From: Actinomycetes bacterium
Lineage (GTDB): Bacteria > Actinomycetota > Actinomycetes > Nanopelagicales > Nanopelagicaceae
Assembly (NCBI GenBank): GCA_037143395.1
Contig: JBAWYW010000001.1
Span: 506 to 64,505, forward strand
Direction of reading: 5' to 3'
Length of the DNA: 64,000 nucleotides
Below are positions 58,848 to 64,000 of the stretch, in pieces. How positions within the stretch are numbered: the stretch's first letter is position 1; each line of letters starts with the position of its first letter. The position numbers and the translations under genes were made by a program. The notes beneath the pieces were generated by a model, which was not told the origin of the DNA, did no database searches, and worked only from the letters and a program-made list of their open reading frames with translations.

Positions 58848-59630
58848 TCATTCCCCCTCTGAATCTGAAAGAAGCTTTTCATTAATAAACCAGTCACGTG
58901 CTGCAAGAACAATCCAAATCGTATCAATCAACATACCCATTGCCCACATAATGGCGCCACCCTTATGTTGATCTCTCAAACCCATATTCATTGTTGTGGT
59001 ACTTGGCAGTGAGTGAAGGACTTTGTTTCCAGAATAAAGAAAAAACCCAACCATTGTTTCTGGCAGCATCATCGCAAAAAGGGAAATAACTCGGTTGGCA
59101 TAAGGGACAAATATTGGATGGGGATTACCTTCCATAACTGGGTAATAATAAAGAAGCCCACCAAGAAGGAAAATGATGAGCTCAAGAGAGTGCACATTAG
59201 GGTTTGTCATTCCAGCATTAGCGAGTGGTGAGAAATGAGTAAGTATCAAAACTGCAAGAAAAATCGCAAAGCCCACGGGAGCTTGAAAGAGCTGTATGAA
59301 GACTCTGTTGCGACCAAGTCTGTGGACCAATTTATAGATGAAGGGGAACTTAGATTGTGATGCAACCTGGATGGGTGAGCCTAGAACGATCAAGGGTGAG
59401 ATCAGCATCATCAAACCGATGTGCTGAATCATGTGAACATAAAAGAGACGGATAGCTAGATGTGGAACCGGACCTACGAGCAGTATGAAAGCGAGCGCTA
59501 GCCCTAAATAAAAGAGGAACTGGCGAATCAGTGAAACAGAAGCACGAGCGCTCTTCTCAGAAAAGTACCAGCATCCTTTCAGAATGAGCGTGAGAGCGAA
59601 CGCAATGTCCCAGAAGGGATTGAGTCTCAT
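58848..59630 (-). CDS. ctaG: cytochrome c oxidase assembly protein CtaG (Caa3_CtaG family)
   Basis: 7-TM protein with the VHMIQHIGLMMLISPLIVLGSP block characteristic of the Bacillus-type CtaG family. Divergent from the oxidase operon. Confidence 0.8.
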   Translation of the reverse strand: MRLNPFWDIAFALTLILKGCWYFSEKSARASVSLIRQFLFYLGLALAFILLVGPVPHLAIRLFYVHMIQHIGLMMLISPLIVLGSPIQVASQSKFPFIYKLVHRLGRNRVFIQLFQAPVGFAIFLAVLILTHFSPLANAGMTNPNVHSLELIIFLLGGLLYYYPVMEGNPHPIFVPYANRVISLFAMMLPETMVGFFLYSGNKVLHSLPSTTTMNMGLRDQHKGGAIMWAMGMLIDTIWIVLAARDWFINEKLLSDSEGE

Positions 59631-59695
59631 CCTTTACCTCACCCCATTTTGCTTAGTAGTCAGTTTCGCTCACGTCGATCTCACTTGCACCAGAA

Positions 59696-59721
59696 ACATT
59701 CCAGAATGTGTTACTTAACAC
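59696..59721. promoter_or_regulatory. two overlapping 14-bp perfect palindromes (ACATTCcaGAATGT; GTGTTActTAACAC), candidate operator(s)
   Basis: Read directly at 59696-59709 and 59708-59721, in the 151-nt divergent ctaG / oxidase-operon gap. The second resembles a weak CRP/FNR-type TGTGN-N6-NCACN site. Confidence 0.25.
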
Positions 59722-59781
59722 TACATATGAGCGTACAGTGTCAACGAAACATCCGACAATATTGCTTGTGAGAGGAAGACC

Positions 59782-60495
59782 GTGGCTAGTACAACATCAA
59801 CAAAGTCCAAGACGGTAGTTGGAGCTGTTGTTGCAATCGTTCTAGGAGTTGCAGTCGTAGTAGGTGTTGGCACTCAACTTCATGCCCACTCTTACCTCAA
59901 CCCGCCAACTGGAACAGCAACAATCAATGGCACGATTACTGCTCCTGACGGCAAGACTTACCCACATGCATTTATCTCTAACGGCGTGTTTGCTGATGCA
60001 GCAGACTCAAAAGCTCATGGAAAAGATGCACACCCAGGTTGGCCTTCATATGGGCCTTATACAAAACTTGTCCTTCCAGCTCACGCATATATAACTATGA
60101 CTCTGCATGTTTATGATGGTGGAGAAAAATTAAATTCTCCGTATTACGCAAATGTAGTTGGAACTGTTGGTGGAACAATTAATGTTGATGGTAAAGATGT
60201 CACTTCATTAGCTGAAGATGGTGTCCAGCACACTCTGACAATCCATGGAATTCCAACTGAAACACAAGATCCTCTCTTTATTAACGTGCCACTTCCAAAG
60301 ACGGAGGAGGGCCAACAAGATGAACCTGGCTCACCTCTGCCAAAGGGTCACGTAGTGACTTTCTCATTTATCACCGGCGGTAAAGGTGAATATGTCTGGA
60401 ACTGTGAATATCCATGTGGCGACGCTACCTACCAAGGTTTTGGAGCGGTAATGGGCGCAACTGGATATATGTCAGGAAAGGTATCGGTCCTATAA
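59782..60495 (+). CDS. membrane-anchored cupredoxin-like protein with partial CuA-type motif (CxxxCG..M)
   Basis: GTG start after GAGGAAG. One N-terminal TM. The C-terminus GEYVWNCEYPCGDATYQGFGAVMGATGYMSGKVSVL compares with FDVKCAELCGINHAYM in the adjacent CtaC. Its stop abuts the ctaC ATG. Confidence 0.55.
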   Translation: MASTTSTKSKTVVGAVVAIVLGVAVVVGVGTQLHAHSYLNPPTGTATINGTITAPDGKTYPHAFISNGVFADAADSKAHGKDAHPGWPSYGPYTKLVLPAHAYITMTLHVYDGGEKLNSPYYANVVGTVGGTINVDGKDVTSLAEDGVQHTLTIHGIPTETQDPLFINVPLPKTEEGQQDEPGSPLPKGHVVTFSFITGGKGEYVWNCEYPCGDATYQGFGAVMGATGYMSGKVSVL

Positions 60496-61299
60496 ATGGC
60501 TCAACATGATGATCAAGACCTACTTCCAACACCTGGACAACGAGTAAGTACTTTTCTAAAGCGTAAAGATGTTGCTCAAACATTTATTTTGGGTATTTTC
60601 TTTACAGCTGTTTTCGTAGTCCTTGGCCTCTGGGTATATCCACACTGGATGCCAAATGTGATGTCAAAAGAGATGCAAGGCAACGAAGACATCATGATTT
60701 GGTTCACCGTTATTTCTGCTCCTATCGCAGGGGTTGTACTAGCAATTGCGATGGAATCCTTCATCAATATGCACCGCGGAGATACACCTCCGCCAGAAGA
60801 TGGTCCTGGAATAAAGACTCATGGCCCAGTGGTGATTATTTGGTCGGCTGTATCAACCATGTTCTGCATCCTTGCAATTGTCTGGGGTATTACCGAGATG
60901 AATACATGGTCTTCGGATGCTCTGGCAGGTTCAAATAAAGCTCTAGTCGTTGAGGTAACTGGCTCCCAGTGGAACTGGTCCTTTAACTACCCTGCGCAAG
61001 GAATTTCAACCCACGAGTTAAATTTGCCAATCAACCAACCAGTTGAATTTCAAATTATCTCAGCAGATGTGAATCACTCATTCTGGCCTGTTCAACTCGG
61101 CGTAAAAGTTGATGCAAATCGCTTGGCAACAACAGTTGCGCGAACGACTCCTGACAAGCTTGGTGTCTTCGACGTGAAGTGTGCTGAATTATGTGGAATC
61201 AATCATGCATATATGGAAACTGTGGGCCATGTTCAAACACAGGCAGATTTCAACAGTTGGGTCTCAGAAGCTAAGGCGACCGGAGGAATACAACAATGA
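60496..61299 (+). CDS. ctaC: cytochrome c oxidase subunit II
   Basis: Two TM helices, QWNWSFNYP, DVNHSFW, and CuA motif CAELCGINHAYM. Confidence 0.93.
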   Translation: MAQHDDQDLLPTPGQRVSTFLKRKDVAQTFILGIFFTAVFVVLGLWVYPHWMPNVMSKEMQGNEDIMIWFTVISAPIAGVVLAIAMESFINMHRGDTPPPEDGPGIKTHGPVVIIWSAVSTMFCILAIVWGITEMNTWSSDALAGSNKALVVEVTGSQWNWSFNYPAQGISTHELNLPINQPVEFQIISADVNHSFWPVQLGVKVDANRLATTVARTTPDKLGVFDVKCAELCGINHAYMETVGHVQTQADFNSWVSEAKATGGIQQ

Positions 61300-63191
61300 C
61301 CACTCTTTCTCATAAGCCGGCGTCTTCGCGCCCCGTTCCAAATCCAGAACGCAGTCTGATCACCAGACTGAACATGGGAACAGGAACAGTTGTTGGCGTT
61401 CTTTTCGCTCTCATTACTTATTACATGCTTCGTCGCCATTTCAATAGTCCATGGCGTATGGATCATGGAATGGATATGACAAATCCCCATTTCGTGAACG
61501 TCACCCTGCTCTGCACGATGTTTGCGTGGAGTTTTGGATTCCTTGTTGGAATTGGTGCACTTATTGGTCCATTTAGATGGTTAATCGGTAAGGACCTCAC
61601 TGCTGAAGAGCAGCTCTACCTCGCCGGTGATGGCCAGGGAATTAAGCGCTATTTCAAATACTGCACTGACCACAAAGTAGTTGGTATTCAATATCTTGTG
61701 GGGGTTATGACCTTGCTTGGTGTTGGTGGAACGATGGCGATGATGATTCGTACGAACCTTGTATCACCAGGTTCGCATTTCGTTAATTCAACAATCTACA
61801 ACTCACTCGTTGGTCTTCACGGAATCACAATGATCATTGCCTTGATTATTGTTTCAACCGGTCCTTTCGGAAATTACATCATGCCGATCATGATTGGCGC
61901 AGCCGATATGGCGTTTCCTCGTTTGAATGCACTTTCTTGGTGGGTTCTTTTCACAGCGATCCCAGTGCTTTGCAGCGCCTGGTTCCTTGGTGGAATTCCA
62001 ACTGGATGGACAGCTTATGCACCACTGAGTGTCCAAGCAGGACCTGGAATGAACGCATTCATTGCAACAATCATCATCTTTGCTCTTTCAACGGCTGTTG
62101 CTGGCGCAAACATCACCACAACCGTTGTTGCGATGCGCGCAAAAGGCATGAAGTGGAATCGTGTTCCTATCTTCGTAATTGGCGCAACCATTTCGGTAGC
62201 ACTTGCCATTCCAGCATTCCCAACATTTATGGTGGCAATGATTCAAACTGGTCTAGACCGCACGATTAGTACAGGCTTTTATGATGCGAACGTAGGTGGA
62301 AGTGGTTGGTTGTATGCAAACCTCTTCTGGATCATGGGTCACCCTGAGGTCTATGTGATCTTGATTCCAGGGGTTGCAGCTCTTATGGAAATTGCACCTG
62401 TCTTTGTACGTAAGCCTTTGTTCTCTTACGGAGCAGCTATCGCTGGTTTTGCCGGTATCGCTGGTCTGTCTGTATTGGTTTGGGCCCACCACATGTATAT
62501 GGCTGGATGGATGCCAAATCTCAACGGCCCATTCATGGTCACGACTGAATTTATTTCAGTGCCAACGGGACTTTTATTCCTTGTGCTAGTTGGAACACTA
62601 TGGCGCGGTAAGCCTTGGATGAAGATGCCAATGCTTTCTGTCTATGCATTTATTTGGGACTTTTTAATTGGTGGAATCACTGGAATTTATCTTTCAGACG
62701 TTCCAGCTGATAATTACCTCCACGGATCAATGTTTGTAACAGCTCACTTCCATTACACACTCATGGGCGCTGCGCTTACTGGCGCAATCGGCGCACTTGC
62801 TTTCTGGTTCCCTAAGATGACAGGTCGTATGCTGAACGATCGAGGAAGTTATATTTCATTCTGGTTAGTCCAGATTGGATTTAACGTTCTCTTCCTTGGC
62901 ATGTTCATGGCAGGAGCCGCTGGTCAACCTCGTCGTGTTGCTGACTATGCATTTGCCTTTGCTCACGCAAACCTCATTAGCACCATCGGTGCCTACAGCG
63001 TTGGCCTTGGAATGCTTGTTCTTCTTTGGGCAGTTGTTCACTCATGGCGCAGCGGTGTCATCGCACCAATGAACCCATGGGGATCAAAGACTCTTGAATG
63101 GACAGTTCCTTATCCAGTCCCACTTGTGAACTTCGATGAACCACCTGTAGTTACAAGTGATCCTTACAACTACGGAAGGAGTGCTAAGTAA
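61296..63191 (+). CDS. ctaD: cytochrome c oxidase subunit I (with ~120-aa N-terminal extension)
   Basis: TDHKVVGIQY, GHPEVYVILIPG, WAHHMY and TAHFHYTLMG ligand motifs. ATGA overlap with ctaC fixes the start at 61296. Confidence 0.96.
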   Translation: MTTLSHKPASSRPVPNPERSLITRLNMGTGTVVGVLFALITYYMLRRHFNSPWRMDHGMDMTNPHFVNVTLLCTMFAWSFGFLVGIGALIGPFRWLIGKDLTAEEQLYLAGDGQGIKRYFKYCTDHKVVGIQYLVGVMTLLGVGGTMAMMIRTNLVSPGSHFVNSTIYNSLVGLHGITMIIALIIVSTGPFGNYIMPIMIGAADMAFPRLNALSWWVLFTAIPVLCSAWFLGGIPTGWTAYAPLSVQAGPGMNAFIATIIIFALSTAVAGANITTTVVAMRAKGMKWNRVPIFVIGATISVALAIPAFPTFMVAMIQTGLDRTISTGFYDANVGGSGWLYANLFWIMGHPEVYVILIPGVAALMEIAPVFVRKPLFSYGAAIAGFAGIAGLSVLVWAHHMYMAGWMPNLNGPFMVTTEFISVPTGLLFLVLVGTLWRGKPWMKMPMLSVYAFIWDFLIGGITGIYLSDVPADNYLHGSMFVTAHFHYTLMGAALTGAIGALAFWFPKMTGRMLNDRGSYISFWLVQIGFNVLFLGMFMAGAAGQPRRVADYAFAFAHANLISTIGAYSVGLGMLVLLWAVVHSWRSGVIAPMNPWGSKTLEWTVPYPVPLVNFDEPPVVTSDPYNYGRSAK

Positions 63192-63800
63192 ATGGCTACT
63201 CATACAGAGTTCCACGTTCATCATGATTCACCTGAAAAGGTAGGAAGACGTGAACGCTTAGGTGTTCGTTTACTCATTGTTGCTGATGGTGCATTTCTTT
63301 TTGGAATCATCTTCTCTTGGTTCTATCTACGCAACCTCAATGCAAACGGTGCTTGGCTTCCTAAGGGAGTAAAGACATTCTCCACAGCGTCTAGCTGGTG
63401 GGTAATTGTTCCGTTCATCCTCGTTCTTGTTGCACACCGCATTTCAATGAAGAATCGTGCTCTGCGCGTTCCAGCAATGGCGCTGTCAACGATCCTGCTC
63501 ATTGTTGGTGCTTGGTATCAATGGCACCAAGTTTGCAATATGCCATTTGTTGCCAAAGATGGAAGTGACCGTCCCTTCTATAACGGTGCGTATGCCTCTA
63601 ACTGGGTCTTGTTTGCTGGTGCAAACATGTTCCACTACTTCATTACCGCCTTCATCACGCTTGGTCTTTTCCTTCGTGGTCTACGTGGGAACCTGCTTGA
63701 CCCAGTACTTGAAGAGTGGCGCCAACGCGTTGCTGGTTCATGGTTCACATGGGTTGCGATCGCTGGAATTCTTTCAGCCTTCACAACATCATTTATTTAA
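63192..63800 (+). CDS. ctaE: cytochrome c oxidase subunit III-like protein (divergent)
   Basis: 202 aa, 5 TM, correct position and size. FSWFYLRN..WLP and GAYASNW..G.NMFHY resemble CtaE, but the usual C-terminal YWHFVD block reads WFTWVA. Confidence 0.7.
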   Translation: MATHTEFHVHHDSPEKVGRRERLGVRLLIVADGAFLFGIIFSWFYLRNLNANGAWLPKGVKTFSTASSWWVIVPFILVLVAHRISMKNRALRVPAMALSTILLIVGAWYQWHQVCNMPFVAKDGSDRPFYNGAYASNWVLFAGANMFHYFITAFITLGLFLRGLRGNLLDPVLEEWRQRVAGSWFTWVAIAGILSAFTTSFI

Positions 63801-63814
63801 GAAAAGAGAAGTAG

Positions 63815-63851
63815 AAAAGACCCGACTAGAGCGATCTGGTCGGGTCTTTTT
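63815..63851 (+). terminator. rho-independent terminator of the oxidase operon
   Basis: AAAAGACCCGAC (63815-63826), 12-nt loop, GTCGGGTCTTTTT (63839-63851). 8-bp GC-rich stem extended by A/U pairs, then a T-run, 15 nt after the ctaE stop. Confidence 0.8.
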
Positions 63852-63917
63852 ATTGCCTCGTGAGGTAATCTAAAGCCCAGCAGTTCATAGTTCGCAGTCA
63901 TAAGAAGGGATTTACAG

Positions 63918-64000
63918 ATGGCTAACAAGGAACAGAAGAGCAACGCAAATACCAAGAAAGAGCCAAAGATGTCGCTGAAAGAAAAGCGCTTGGCTAAGCA
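63918..64000 (+). CDS. 5' end of a small basic protein gene (partial, unknown)
   Basis: ATG 7 nt after AAGAAGGGA. Open to the window end (MANKEQKSNANTKKEPKMSLKEKRLAK..). Truncated by the window, so not in the ORF track. Confidence 0.35.
   Translation, partial: MANKEQKSNANTKKEPKMSLKEKRLAK

Noticed and set aside
1-64000. Scan for tRNA, rRNA, CRISPR arrays, IS elements, integrases, toxin-antitoxin pairs and known defence hallmarks
   Set aside because: No repeat-spacer periodicity, no transposase or integrase-like ORF, and no terminal inverted repeats were seen. The only gaps over 60 nt (13939-14006, 26503-26588, 36291-36400, 49549-49637, 58541-58603, 59631-59781, 63801-63917) show no cloverleaf or conserved RNA motifs by eye. 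tRNAscan-SE/Infernal and defence-system finders would confirm this.

Overview
This is a compact actinobacterial chromosome segment. Gene order mirrors the Mycobacterium/Streptomyces core: iol genes, menaquinone (men) cluster, ccs/res cytochrome-c biogenesis cluster, XPB helicase locus, proC, radA, mutY, clpC, lysS, coaX, panC, folKBPE, ftsH, hpt, tilS, ctaB, then a heme-copper oxidase operon. GC looks only mid-40s % by eye (not computed). Packing is extreme: about 64 CDS, almost no intergenic DNA, dozens of ATGA/GTGA/TAATG stop-start overlaps and several convergent 3' overlaps. That pattern fits a streamlined planktonic actinobacterium, but this is inference only. I saw no rRNA, tRNA, CRISPR array, transposase, integrase or phage gene. 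Only about seven gaps exceed 60 nt and none looks like an RNA gene. Most of the window is ordinary housekeeping, and I found no recognisable defence or mobile system. The loci most worth a second look are: (1) the XPB helicase operon, with a 717-aa WYL-tailed partner and a translationally coupled M20 peptidase; (2) a Tat-exported CE4 deacetylase, a secreted beta-propeller and an MprF-like aminoacyl-lipid synthase in one operon; (3) an atypical all-in-one oxidase operon led by a membrane-anchored cupredoxin with a half-preserved CuA motif, with a CtaD carrying about 120 extra N-terminal residues; (4) a secreted leishmanolysin-like/FN3/propeller giant and its secreted neighbour. All functional calls rest on motif recognition and remembered family knowledge. 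No searches were run.
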